Below, piece after piece: positions 32,162 through 42,268 of a stretch of 64,000 nucleotides of DNA. The stretch is from an uncultured delta proteobacterium. GTDB lineage: Bacteria; Desulfobacterota; WTBG01; CAIYCZ01. Both the position numbers and the translations under genes were made by a program. The notes below the pieces were generated by a model. It did no database searches and was not told the origin of the DNA. It saw only the letters and a program-made list of their open reading frames with translations. Numbering within the stretch: position 1 is the first letter of the stretch; every line of letters starts with the position of its first letter. The stretch spans positions 96,001 through 160,000 of the forward strand of contig CAWDOY010000003.1 in assembly GCA_963803975.1 (NCBI GenBank). The letters run 5' to 3'.

Positions 32162-33049
32162 TCAGCGAAGATGAAGGTCTGCTGATAATTGTGTCACCAC
32201 AGCAGCGAGCTTTTCAAATTCAAGCAGCGAAAGTGTTTCTCCCCGTCTTGAACAGTCAATCCCTTCCTTATGTAAACGGGCTTTTAAAACTGCCGCATCT
32301 ATTTCCCTGCCTGAACAATAGGCTTTTAAGCAGTTAGACAATGTCTTCCGCCTGTGGGCTAGCGATGCAGTCACAATCTCTCTATACATATCCTCACCGG
32401 GCGTGTCCCAGGCCCGACCCGGCACCGGCTCCATGCGCAACACCGTTGAATCTATTTTCGGCTTAGGGAAAAAACATGAGGCGGGAACATCAAAGAGACG
32501 TGTTATGTTAAAATACCGCTGCGTTTGGATAGAAAGCACTCCGTAGTTCTTATTCCCGGGTTCAGCAATGAGGCGCTCTCCGGCTTCCTTCTGCACCATG
32601 AAGATGCCGCGCTTCATGAGACAGGATATTTCAGCAAACCGGGTAAAAAGTGACGTAGTAATTGCATAGGGAATATTACCGACCAGGACGGCCCTGGCAG
32701 GTGCCTGAATAAAATCTGCTAACGAAATATTGAGGATATTATCGTTGATAATGGTTATTGAAGCTCCAGCAGGACAAAACCGCTGCAGGATGTCTGTGAG
32801 CAAAGGATCAATTTCAATGGCAATAACCTGCTTTGCTTTCTCTGCCAGAAAAGTGGTGAGTGCTCCAAGGCCGGCGCCGATTTCAATAACCACATCAACG
32901 GGAGAGAGATCACTTGAGGTAATAATTTTATGGGCAAGGTGCTGATCGATGAGGAAGTTTTGGCCAAGGGCTTTGCTGGGTTTTATATGCAGACTTTTGA
33001 TAATACTAATCGAAGGGAACACCATAGCGGAGGATACCCTGTTTAACAA
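32162..33049 (-). CDS. rsmA: 16S rRNA m6(2)A dimethyltransferase
   Basis: LGQNFL, EIGAGLG, GNIPY and F.PKPKIDS. Confidence 0.92.
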   Translation of the reverse strand: MLNRVSSAMVFPSISIIKSLHIKPSKALGQNFLIDQHLAHKIITSSDLSPVDVVIEIGAGLGALTTFLAEKAKQVIAIEIDPLLTDILQRFCPAGASITIINDNILNISLADFIQAPARAVLVGNIPYAITTSLFTRFAEISCLMKRGIFMVQKEAGERLIAEPGNKNYGVLSIQTQRYFNITRLFDVPASCFFPKPKIDSTVLRMEPVPGRAWDTPGEDMYREIVTASLAHRRKTLSNCLKAYCSGREIDAAVLKARLHKEGIDCSRRGETLSLLEFEKLAAVVTQLSADLHLR

Positions 33050-33085
33050 GACCAGCGATATGCCGCGATATTAAGGCTCATAAAA

Positions 33086-33592
33086 CTATTTGGCCGGAGC
33101 AATGCCAGCAAAACAGGGAAGGAGCCGGTCATAGGTATCTTCAAGATACTCTGACATCACCTGGGTTTGAGCAATCACGGGCATAAAATTGGCATCGCCA
33201 TTCCAGCGGGCGACAATATGGAAATGCAGATGATTCTCTTCACCGGCACCAGCCGCCTTCCCCAGGTTTGCCCCGACATTGTAGCCATGGGGCTTGAAGG
33301 CCTGTTCCAGAGCACTGATGGATAGTTGGACCTGTTCGAAAAAATCAAGAAGTTCCTCTTTTGCAAGCTCCCGCAAATCTTTAAGATGGCGTTTCGGCAC
33401 TACCAGCAAATGCCCCGGTGCATAAGGGTATTTATTCATGATGATCATTGCATAGGTGCTTTCGTTCAGAATCAGGTGCTTCTTTTTGTAGCCTTTTGTT
33501 TTTTTAATACAGAATATGCAGGACTCAGATTTCTTGCCCAGTATATATTTGATTCGCCAGGGTGCCCAGAGCGTTTTCACAGCAGACCTCAA
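33086..33592 (-). CDS. HIT-family hydrolase
   Basis: LWAPWR, CIFC, YPY..GH and HLHFH. Confidence 0.9.
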   Translation of the reverse strand: MRSAVKTLWAPWRIKYILGKKSESCIFCIKKTKGYKKKHLILNESTYAMIIMNKYPYAPGHLLVVPKRHLKDLRELAKEELLDFFEQVQLSISALEQAFKPHGYNVGANLGKAAGAGEENHLHFHIVARWNGDANFMPVIAQTQVMSEYLEDTYDRLLPCFAGIAPAK

Positions 33593-33719
33593 AATAATGT
33601 TGGGTTACAGGGTGGAAAAAAGGGTTCAAGGTTTCCAGGGTTCAAGGGTAATGATGTTATCTTTTTGCCATCGAACTCTTGGCGACACTCAGCCTTTAGA
33701 CCCTTTGCCTTCTTTAGTT

Positions 33720-34445
33720 TTATAATGCCACCAGATTAATATTGCCCCACACGCCCATATGCTCATCCTTGATGATGAGTATCCCGGCAACAGCTTCAAT
33801 CTGTTTTCCGCTGTCAATGGCTTTCTGTATGTCTGAGGCAGCATTAACCAGATTGCCAATTGCTGTGGCTGCAGCATCTGCAAGAGACGCTGATGAAGAG
33901 ACAATGGTTACCGCATCAGCAGTACCAAGGCTCAGGGACGGGCCAACCGTTCCAGAGGAAGTACAGACTCCCCAGGCGCTGTTTGGCTGACTTATTTTTA
34001 TGCCAATCCGGTTGCTCAGCGGAGATGCGCCGGCATATATACTGAGCGTGACGTCGCGGTTGACTTTTAGAAAGATGTCGCCGCCATTTTCCACTATTAC
34101 CTCATCGCAGGATTTGAGAATCTCCCGGCCGGTATATTCGGCTACAGCGCCGGCCACCGCGGCCATGGGTCCTACACCTGCTGCAGCGGAAGCCCGCAGC
34201 AGTGCCTGCACAATATCAGGAGCATATGCATCTTCAGGGAGCGGTACCAGACTGATCAGGAACTCAGGATGTTTTTCTATATACTGTTCAAGTTTAAAGC
34301 GCACATCTAAAACAGCCTCGCGCGCTATTGCCTCAGCATTGTGAGATGCGGCAATAAAAAGGTCAGTTTCCTTTATCACTACTGAACAATGAATCAGGCC
34401 GTCGGTCTTCAGACTGTCCCGGTATGTTCTTGGCTGATAGGGCAT
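33720..34445 (-). CDS. UPF0280/ApbE-like family protein
   Basis: GPMAAVAG, ENGGD, CTSSGTVG.S.S.G.AD and ADAAAT. Confidence 0.88.
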   Translation of the reverse strand: MPYQPRTYRDSLKTDGLIHCSVVIKETDLFIAASHNAEAIAREAVLDVRFKLEQYIEKHPEFLISLVPLPEDAYAPDIVQALLRASAAAGVGPMAAVAGAVAEYTGREILKSCDEVIVENGGDIFLKVNRDVTLSIYAGASPLSNRIGIKISQPNSAWGVCTSSGTVGPSLSLGTADAVTIVSSSASLADAAATAIGNLVNAASDIQKAIDSGKQIEAVAGILIIKDEHMGVWGNINLVAL

Positions 34446-34505
34446 GGTACTACTACTTAAGGATAGTGCTATTGAATAATTTCACTGACCCTGCCACCAA
34501 TAGTA

Positions 34506-37500
34506 TCAGTTATAGGTAATGCAGTTTTTTCCGACAAGTGCTTCTATTTCGCTGACTAACAGTTCTGAAGGGTTTATGTAATAGTCTTTACCGAGGCTGA
34601 TAACTGTTTCACTGGTGTCGGGAATAATAACATGGATATACACCCGGGATTTACCGGCATTATTCTGTAAAATATTTTTTATTCTGGTTATTTCATTAAT
34701 GGTCAGGCGGTCAATATAGCACTTGATGTGGGTGTCAGGATGCAGTCGTTCACTGGCCTGCTCAAGCGATATGATTTCATTTACCACGATATTACGTTTT
34801 GTTTCACCCTCGATGGTAAGCCGGCCTTTAACCAGCAGCGGTTTATCGCTTTTTAAAAGAGTGGTATTCTGCTTATACAGATCCGGGAAAACAGTCAGCT
34901 CTATAGAACCGGAAAGGTCTTCAAGAGTGACAAAAGCCATAATGTCGCCTTTTTTAGTTTTATATTCTTTTAAGCTCTGTACGACCCCCCCTATGGTCAC
35001 ATCAGCGTCTTCCTCTGCTGCCTGCGCCTCAAGGGTGTCTATGGTAGTAAACTTTTTAAGAACACCAAAAACCTTGTTGAGCGGATGACCGGTCAAATAA
35101 AATCCGAGGCATTCTTTTTCGTATATGAGCTTTTCATGTTCGTTCAATTCCGGAATGTCCGGATAGCGAATGGCATCTATATCTTCGCTTCTGCCGTTCT
35201 CTTTCAAGGCGGTAAAAATGCTCAGCTGGCTGTTTTCACTTTCTTTCTGCAGCGCCTGTGCTTTGTCAGCCACTTCCTCCATGATTGCCAGCAGCTGTGA
35301 GCGCTTGATCTGCAGGGAGTCAAAGGCGCCGCATTTGATGAGGCTTTCCAGGACTTTTTTATTTACCTTGCGAAGATCGACACGCGTGCAGAAGTCAAGC
35401 AGAGAGATAAAAGGTCCTGACTCAGAGCGAATCTTCACGATGGAATCAATGGCATTGACACCGACATTTTTTACTGCTGCCAAACCAAAGCGAATTTTAT
35501 TGCCGTCTACCGAAAAGTCGCTGGTGCTGGCATTAATATCAGGCGGGAGGACCTCAATAGCGTGTTCCCTGCACTCAAATATATGCCGCACTACTTTATC
35601 CGTATTATCCATCTCACAGCTGAGTAGTGCTGCCATGAATTCAACAGGATAGTGGGCCTTAAGATATGCGGTTTGGTAGGCAATAACCGCATACGCAGCA
35701 CTATGTGATTTATTGAAACCGTATTCAGCAAATTTTAACATGAGCTCAAATATTTTCTGGGCTTTTGGCTGGGAAATCTTGTTCTTCTTTGCGCCCTCCA
35801 AAAACTTTTCCTGCTGCTTCTGCATTTCCGAAGACTTTTTCTTGCCCATGGCCCGCCGCAGGATGTCCGCATCGCTCAGGGAAAAGTTTGCCAGGGCGCT
35901 TGCTATTTTCATGACCTGTTCCTGATACAGAATCACGCCATGGGTATCTCCCAGGATCTCCTTCAATTGCGGCAGGTCAGAGGTGGCACCGCCTTTCCCA
36001 TGCTTTCCCTTGATAAAATCGTCAACCATACCGCTGCCCAGAGGGCCTGGACGATACAGGGCAAGAAGCGCGATAATCTCATCAAATGTTTCAGGGCGCA
36101 GCCGTCTGATGAGGTCTTTCATACCCGAGCTTTCAAGCTGGAAGATGCCTTCAGTATCTCCGGAACAGAGCAGCTCATAGGTTCTGGCATCATCGAGGGG
36201 CAGATTATTAATATCAAAAAGAGCATCAGGATGGCTGAAATGAATTAAATGTATCGCTTCCTGAATGACGGTAAGGGTTCTCAATCCAAGAAAATCAAAT
36301 TTTATCAGGCCAATTTTACCAACCTCATTCATGGCAAACTGGGTAATCACTTCGCCTTTTTGCCCGCGATAGAGGGGGAGATAGTTGACCAGCGGTGCAT
36401 CTGATATAACCACTCCTGCTGCATGGGTTGAAGCGTGCCGGGGCAGGCCTTCAAGCGCACGGGAAAGTTTGATGAGCGTTGCCACCTGCGGGTCTTTATC
36501 CATGAGCTCTTTTAATTTCGGCTCCTGGACGGTGGCTTGATCAATGGTTATATTCAGAACGTTGGGCACCAGTTTTGCAATTTTGTCCACTTCCTTATAG
36601 GGCATGTCAAGGGCACGGCCCACATCGCGGAGAACAGCTTTGGCCTGCATTTTACCGAACGTAATAATTTGTGCGACATTGTCTTTGCCATATTTGTTAG
36701 TGACATACTCAATGACGCTGTCCCGGCCATCCATGCAGAAGTCGATATCTATATCAGGCGGGCTGATTCGTTCAGGATTTAAAAAGCGCTCAAACAGCAG
36801 GCCATAGGGGATAGGATCAAGCTCGGTTATTTTTAATGCATATGCCACCAGGCTTCCAGCAGCAGAGCCTCTGCCCGGTCCGACGGGAATGTCATGCTGC
36901 TTGGCGTAGTTGACGAAGTCGGCAACGATGAGGAAGTATGAGACAAAGCCGGTCTTTTTTATCATCCGCATCTCTTCGTCGAGCCGCAGATGGTACGGGG
37001 CTGCCAGCTTATCAAAGCCCTGCGGATTCTGTTTCTGTAAAACAACAAGCCGTTCCGCAAGACCTTCGCGGGCTGCTTTTTCGAAATGCTCCTCAATTGT
37101 GGTGTCGGGGGGCGGGGTAAAGGGAGGAAACTTGTACTCATTGAAGACAATATCAAGATTGCATTCTTCGGCAATGGCAATGGTATTCCTGAGAGCTTCG
37201 GGCGCATAGGAAAACGCCCGCTCCATCTCTTCCGGGGACTTAAAGTAAAACTGATCGGTTGAAAAGCGCATGCGGTCTGCTGAATTTATGGTTTTGCCGG
37301 TTTGAATGCAGAGGAGTATTTCATGCGCCCTGGCATCATCGGGATTGAGATAATGGCAGTCATTTGTTGCTACCACAGGGAGAGAGAGCTTGCGGGAAAC
37401 TTCCAAAAGTCCCTGATTAACTTTCTTCTGATCTTCGATGTTATTTTCCTGCAGTTCCAGATAGAAACGGCCATCACTGAAGATGCTGCGATATTCATCG

Positions 37501-37985
37501 GCAACAACGAGGGCCCGGTCCATGTCTCCTGCGAGCAGCGCGTGGGGAATCTCTCCGTGAAGGCAGCTGCTCAAGGCGATGAGCCCGTCATGGTTTTTGC
37601 TTAAAAGATCTTTGTCAACCCGGGGACGGTAATAGAACCCTTCAAAGTAAGCAGCGGTTATGAGCTTGAAGAGGTTCTGGTAGCCGGTTTTATTTTTTGC
37701 CAGCAGCACCAGGTGATGGGAGGCGTCTTTAGCGCCATGTGCCTCCTTATTAAACCTGCTGCCCGGCGCAACATATATCTCGCATCCTATAATCGGTTTA
37801 ATGCCATGCTGGATGGCATGTTCATAGAACTCGATAGCACCAAACATATTGCCATGGTCTGTTATGGCCAGGGCAGGCATGCGAAATTCTTTTGCTCTCT
37901 TAAACAGATCATCCAGGCGCATTGCGCCGTCTAAGAGGCTGTACTGCGTGTGAACATGGAGATGAACAAATTCAGCGTGCTTCAT
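34506..37985 (-). CDS. dnaE: DNA polymerase III alpha subunit
   Basis: HLHVH..YSLLDG PHP domain, GRGSAAGS, PDIDIDF, KFDFLGL and YGFNKSH. Confidence 0.98.
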   Translation of the reverse strand: MKHAEFVHLHVHTQYSLLDGAMRLDDLFKRAKEFRMPALAITDHGNMFGAIEFYEHAIQHGIKPIIGCEIYVAPGSRFNKEAHGAKDASHHLVLLAKNKTGYQNLFKLITAAYFEGFYYRPRVDKDLLSKNHDGLIALSSCLHGEIPHALLAGDMDRALVVADEYRSIFSDGRFYLELQENNIEDQKKVNQGLLEVSRKLSLPVVATNDCHYLNPDDARAHEILLCIQTGKTINSADRMRFSTDQFYFKSPEEMERAFSYAPEALRNTIAIAEECNLDIVFNEYKFPPFTPPPDTTIEEHFEKAAREGLAERLVVLQKQNPQGFDKLAAPYHLRLDEEMRMIKKTGFVSYFLIVADFVNYAKQHDIPVGPGRGSAAGSLVAYALKITELDPIPYGLLFERFLNPERISPPDIDIDFCMDGRDSVIEYVTNKYGKDNVAQIITFGKMQAKAVLRDVGRALDMPYKEVDKIAKLVPNVLNITIDQATVQEPKLKELMDKDPQVATLIKLSRALEGLPRHASTHAAGVVISDAPLVNYLPLYRGQKGEVITQFAMNEVGKIGLIKFDFLGLRTLTVIQEAIHLIHFSHPDALFDINNLPLDDARTYELLCSGDTEGIFQLESSGMKDLIRRLRPETFDEIIALLALYRPGPLGSGMVDDFIKGKHGKGGATSDLPQLKEILGDTHGVILYQEQVMKIASALANFSLSDADILRRAMGKKKSSEMQKQQEKFLEGAKKNKISQPKAQKIFELMLKFAEYGFNKSHSAAYAVIAYQTAYLKAHYPVEFMAALLSCEMDNTDKVVRHIFECREHAIEVLPPDINASTSDFSVDGNKIRFGLAAVKNVGVNAIDSIVKIRSESGPFISLLDFCTRVDLRKVNKKVLESLIKCGAFDSLQIKRSQLLAIMEEVADKAQALQKESENSQLSIFTALKENGRSEDIDAIRYPDIPELNEHEKLIYEKECLGFYLTGHPLNKVFGVLKKFTTIDTLEAQAAEEDADVTIGGVVQSLKEYKTKKGDIMAFVTLEDLSGSIELTVFPDLYKQNTTLLKSDKPLLVKGRLTIEGETKRNIVVNEIISLEQASERLHPDTHIKCYIDRLTINEITRIKNILQNNAGKSRVYIHVIIPDTSETVISLGKDYYINPSELLVSEIEALVGKNCITYN

Positions 37986-38112
37986 GATTTTTTACAGGAT
38001 GTTTTTATTGCTCCAATGGTGCGGCATTGGGGGAGAACTATCTGCTATCAAGTGCATATGTTTTTATCATAAGCAACGTCAATTATCCATCTTAAAGTTG
38101 TCTATTTACCCC

Positions 38113-38141
38113 TTGACTCACCTGAGGCTTTTACATATACT
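38113..38141 (+). promoter_or_regulatory. Sigma70-type promoter of the L,D-transpeptidase gene
   Basis: TTGACT-N17-TATACT. Confidence 0.6.
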
Positions 38142-38206
38142 CTAATCACTGAGTTCTTGATCCCGTGCGGGGAAGAAGGATTGCCAGAAAGAATGGATAG
38201 TAAAGA

Positions 38207-39168
38207 ATGTGCATGCAAATGATGGTAAATAAACTCTTTTTAATGCTTGCGTTATTATTACTATATAATAACGTTTCTGCGCAAGATGAGTTTACCCGGG
38301 AGCTGAAGGCCTATCCCTATAACCTCAAGGATACGACGGTTATCGGATCGACGCTGCGGGCAACCATACGAGCAGAAAGACACGCTTCTTGATGTGGCAC
38401 GACGCTATGACCTCAGCTACTACAATGAACTGGAGTTTTTATATCCCCATCTGGATGAATGGCTGCCGCCGCGTGATAAGCCCATGGTGATTCCCACCAT
38501 GTGGGTACTGCCGCCCACCAGGCATCAGCAGCTGGTAATTAATCTGCCTGAGCAGCGGCTCTATTATTTCAATAAAACAAGCGCAACGGTTCAGACCTAT
38601 CCGATTGGCATCGGGGATGAAGGATGGGAAACGCCCGTGGGCACTTTTCACATTTATGAAAAGCGTCCAAACCCTACCTGGTATATCCCGGCATCTCTGC
38701 AGGAGAAATACGGCATGAAAATAATGCCGCCCGGACCTGATAATCCCATGGGTGATTTTGTTATGAAGTTCTCAGCCGGAGCCTATGGTATTCACGGTAC
38801 CAATGTCCCCTGGGGAGTTGGCGGTCTGGTTAGCCATGGGTGTATCCGCCTCTATCCGGAAGATATTCGCATTTTATACTCTCAGGTAAAGATGGGAACA
38901 AAGCTTGAGATCATATATGAACCGGTTAAACTGGGACAGCGCAAGCGGGCATATTTATATGGAAGCACATCCTGATATTTACCGGCGAATTCCTGATTAT
39001 TGTCGTTATGCCTGGGATAAATTGAGACAATTTTCACTGGCAGATAACGTTGATCTCAAGCGTTTTCAGCTGGCACTTCTCCTGCAAAATGGCATGGTTA
39101 CCGACATCACCCGTTTACCGGTGACGGATGGATTTGAACGCGAAATTATTAATCTCATGATCCAGTAA
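38207..39168 (+). CDS. L,D-transpeptidase (YkuD/ErfK family); frameshifts near 38375 and 38940
   Basis: INLPEQRLY, TP.G, P.W, GP.NPMG and IHGTN...SHGCIRL. Confidence 0.9.
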
Positions 39169-39265
39169 CTATCTGTAATGAAATTATTATAAGAAATTAT
39201 TAAATTAAAATAGCAGCCATTTAAAAGGTTTGCATTTTTGATAAAAATAGTTTATAAAATATTAC

Positions 39266-39294
39266 TTGATTTTTCCAATAAAGCTGATTATACT
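39266..39294 (+). promoter_or_regulatory. Sigma70-type promoter of the lipoprotein gene, implying a long leader
   Basis: TTGATT-N17-TATACT about 150 nt before the start codon. Confidence 0.5.
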
Positions 39295-39441
39295 TCTCAA
39301 ATATAAACTGAGCATATCAAAGGGCACAGCCCAAAAAAATAATCAAATTAATTAAGGAGGTGAGAGGCGAGAGAAACGATACGAGTCGTTAACATAAAAT
39401 AAACGGGTACACAGTAAAACAAAAACTTTTAAAAGGAGGAA

Positions 39442-39705
39442 ATGGTAATGAAAAAGATTTTAGCAGGACTTTTTGTAATGGCTTTTGCAATCAGTTTAAC
39501 CGCATGCGCTTCGCTGAACGATGTCAGGAAATTAGAGGATGAGGCCAAGCAGACACTGAGCAAATGCGAGGCTTCAGCAACAAAGGCAGAAGACGCTGCA
39601 ATGAAAGCTGAAAAATCAGCGGCCAAGGCTGAAGAGATGGCAAACAAGGCCGAGGCAATGGCTGACAAGTGCGAGCAGATTTTCAAGAAAAGAATGAAAA
39701 AGTAA
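39442..39705 (+). CDS. Lpp/OprI-like alanine-zipper lipoprotein
   Basis: Lipobox LTAC, Ala-rich heptads, C-terminal Lys, strong RBS and terminator. Confidence 0.8.
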   Translation: MVMKKILAGLFVMAFAISLTACASLNDVRKLEDEAKQTLSKCEASATKAEDAAMKAEKSAAKAEEMANKAEAMADKCEQIFKKRMKK

Positions 39706-39721
39706 CTTGCTATACGAAGCT

Positions 39722-39762
39722 CAATAAAAAAGGCCAGTTTTTAAACTGGCCTTTTTTATTGA
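39722..39762. terminator. Bidirectional terminator
   Basis: CAATAAAAAAGGCCAGTTT...AAACTGGCCTTTTTTATTG inverted repeat. Confidence 0.8.
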
Positions 39763-39777
39763 ATGGGGTTCAATGCG

Positions 39778-41019
39778 TTACGGATTAACGGTCATTATCT
39801 TTTTGGCTATAGCCGGATATTTTGCAATAAAAATCAGCTCCTCCTCAGTCAAAGGCTTTTGCGTGTGGACATTGGCAAAGCGTACCAGATCAAGTATTTC
39901 ACGGGCTTCTGTCTCATCTTTGAATTCAATTTCTAATTTACCAAAAACGTGTTGAAATCCTTTAATACCTCCGTACTCACCCGTGGTAATTTTCCTGCCG
40001 GTCTCCAGAAATTCAAGCTGTCCTCTTCCCAGATCCTCACAGTCATACAGCTCGTAGTTACGCCTGGCTTTCAATGCGCCATCCGCATGTATCCCCGACT
40101 CGTGAGCAAAAGCATTATCACCGACCCCTACTTGAAATACCGGTATTGGTAAACCAAAAGAGTAGGCTGCATACTTTGCCAGTTTATAGGATTTGGTAAG
40201 ATCAATTTTTTGCAGGAACTTTGAATAATCATTTTCAAAACCACTTGATTTTTGAATCGCAAGGATAACCGAAAGCATATCAGCATTGCCGGCACGCTCC
40301 CCAACGCCATTAACGGTTGTATTAATATACGCATCCTGACCACCGTCAAGACAGCCTTTGGCACCTGCCACAGAACAGGCAACAGCCATCCCCAAGTCAT
40401 TATGACAGTGGAGTTCACAGGGAAGTTTGGTTTTTTCCACAAGGGTTTTAATGCGCTGGTAAATGGTAAAAGGTTCGTCGTAGCCAAGTGTGTCGCAGTA
40501 GCGGATGCGATCTGCGCCGTTTTCTTTGGCCTGCTGGCAAAATTCAATTAAAAATCCCATATCGGTGCGGGATGCATCTTCCGCATTAACGCCGACGGTC
40601 TCGAAGTTTAAATCTTTAGCGCACTTCAAAGCAGCTACCATCATCTGGATGACATCATCGCGGCTTTTTTTGCCGCCAAATTTTCCCTGGATCATCTGAT
40701 CTGAGGTGGAAAGAGAAATATTTATATGTTGAAGGCGGGGAACAAGCTGACGGGCTTCCTTTACATCAGAAACAGTCGCCCTGGTCCATCCTGCAAGGCG
40801 CATGGGAGCGAGCACACCCATCTCTGCAAGCTCAATGTTTGCATTAAGATAATTCAGTTCATGCCGGGTATTAGGAAAACCAATTTCCGACTGAAAAATT
40901 CCCATCTCATTGAGCAGCATGTTGAGAAGGGATTTTTCCAGCTTGGCAAGTCCCAACCGTGAAGTTTGAACACCATCACGGTTGGTGACATCCAGTATAT
41001 AGATTTTATGCTTGCTCAT
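39778..41019 (-). CDS. DRE-TIM acetyl-CoA condensing enzyme (homocitrate synthase family; probable Re-citrate synthase)
   Basis: DVTNRDGVQT, HCHND, GERAGN and HESGIH; no LeuA regulatory domain. Confidence 0.85.
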   Translation of the reverse strand: MSKHKIYILDVTNRDGVQTSRLGLAKLEKSLLNMLLNEMGIFQSEIGFPNTRHELNYLNANIELAEMGVLAPMRLAGWTRATVSDVKEARQLVPRLQHINISLSTSDQMIQGKFGGKKSRDDVIQMMVAALKCAKDLNFETVGVNAEDASRTDMGFLIEFCQQAKENGADRIRYCDTLGYDEPFTIYQRIKTLVEKTKLPCELHCHNDLGMAVACSVAGAKGCLDGGQDAYINTTVNGVGERAGNADMLSVILAIQKSSGFENDYSKFLQKIDLTKSYKLAKYAAYSFGLPIPVFQVGVGDNAFAHESGIHADGALKARRNYELYDCEDLGRGQLEFLETGRKITTGEYGGIKGFQHVFGKLEIEFKDETEAREILDLVRFANVHTQKPLTEEELIFIAKYPAIAKKIMTVNP

Positions 41020-41033
41020 GATAATCAGCCTCC

Positions 41034-42098
41034 TTATAGACGTTCAATAATAGTATCTGCCATTTCCATGGTCCCCACATATGCAGCTGGATTCAGATCA
41101 CGGGTAACATAGCGGCCTTCTTTTACCACAGCTTCAACCGCGTTCTGCAAACGGTCAGCAGCGTCTGATTCTCCCAGATACCTGAGAAGCATGACGCCGG
41201 CCAGGGTCAAGGCACAGGGGTTCATCAGATTTTTTCCTTTATATTGTGGCGCTGAGCCATGCACTGCTTCAAACATGGCGCAATCTTTTCCGATATTGGC
41301 GCTTGGCACCATGCCAAGGCCTCCAACCAGCGCAGCGCACAAATCAGAAATAATATCTCCATAAAGATTGGGGGCCAGCAGTATATCAAATTTCTGGGGG
41401 TTGGAAACCAGCTGAAAACACATGTTATCAACTAAAAAATGATCGCATGCTATCTGCGGAAACTGTTTTGCGTACGCTTCTATTTCCTGGTGAAACAAGC
41501 CGTCAGTAAACTTCATGATATTGTCTTTGGTCACGATGGTGATTTTGTTGCGCCTGTTTTCCTGTGCATATCTGAAGGCAAATTCTCCAATCCGCCTTGT
41601 TGCAGAGCGTGAAATTGGTTTCAGGGTAATACCTGAATCCGGGGCTATTTCCTTATGCAGGGTGGCTTTTACAAAGTCAATAATCTTAAGGGTGGCAGCA
41701 TCGCCCTCTTTGAATTCAATGCCGGCATACAGGTCTTCAGTATTTTCCCGTATGATTACGAGGTCGGCATTTTCAACCGAGCACCTGAAGCCGGTTATGG
41801 TTTTACAAGGCCTGATGCAGGCGAAAAGATCAAAATGCTGGCGAAGCGCAACATTTACGCTTCTATACCCGGTGCCTAAAGGAGTAGTTATGGGACCTTT
41901 CAGTGCAATGCGATTTTTTTCTATGGAGTCAAGTACTGACTGAGGGAGTGGCGTTCCCTGCTGATTAAAAACATCAAGGCCTGCATCTACTGTTTCCCAT
42001 TGGATCTTTACACCAGTGGCATCAATACATTTCTTAGCTGCAGCTGTCAGTTCAGGCCCGGTTCCGTCACCGGGAATTAGTGTTACTCTGTGGGCCAT
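41034..42098 (-). CDS. Isocitrate/isopropylmalate dehydrogenase family protein (probable isocitrate dehydrogenase)
   Basis: IPGDGTGPE, KGPITTP..G.RSVNV.LR, RENTE, NLYGDIISD and HGSAP. Confidence 0.88.
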   Translation of the reverse strand: MAHRVTLIPGDGTGPELTAAAKKCIDATGVKIQWETVDAGLDVFNQQGTPLPQSVLDSIEKNRIALKGPITTPLGTGYRSVNVALRQHFDLFACIRPCKTITGFRCSVENADLVIIRENTEDLYAGIEFKEGDAATLKIIDFVKATLHKEIAPDSGITLKPISRSATRRIGEFAFRYAQENRRNKITIVTKDNIMKFTDGLFHQEIEAYAKQFPQIACDHFLVDNMCFQLVSNPQKFDILLAPNLYGDIISDLCAALVGGLGMVPSANIGKDCAMFEAVHGSAPQYKGKNLMNPCALTLAGVMLLRYLGESDAADRLQNAVEAVVKEGRYVTRDLNPAAYVGTMEMADTIIERL

Positions 42099-42189
42099 CT
42101 AGTCACCGTGCTTGGTAATTTAATAAAGAATGCTTAGCATAATTAAACGGGCAGGGCAAATCATATACCATATATGCAAGGTACATAAT

Positions 42190-42222
42190 AAAAAAGGCTC
42201 CCTGGAGGGGGCCAGGGAGCCT
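42190..42222 (-). terminator. Intrinsic terminator after mmsA
   Basis: AGGCTCCCTGG...CCAGGGAGCCT stem with a T-run on the minus strand. Confidence 0.7.
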
Positions 42223-42268
42223 ATAACAGGGGAGACTCGAAATCATTTTCAGTATGCAGGGTCCACTA

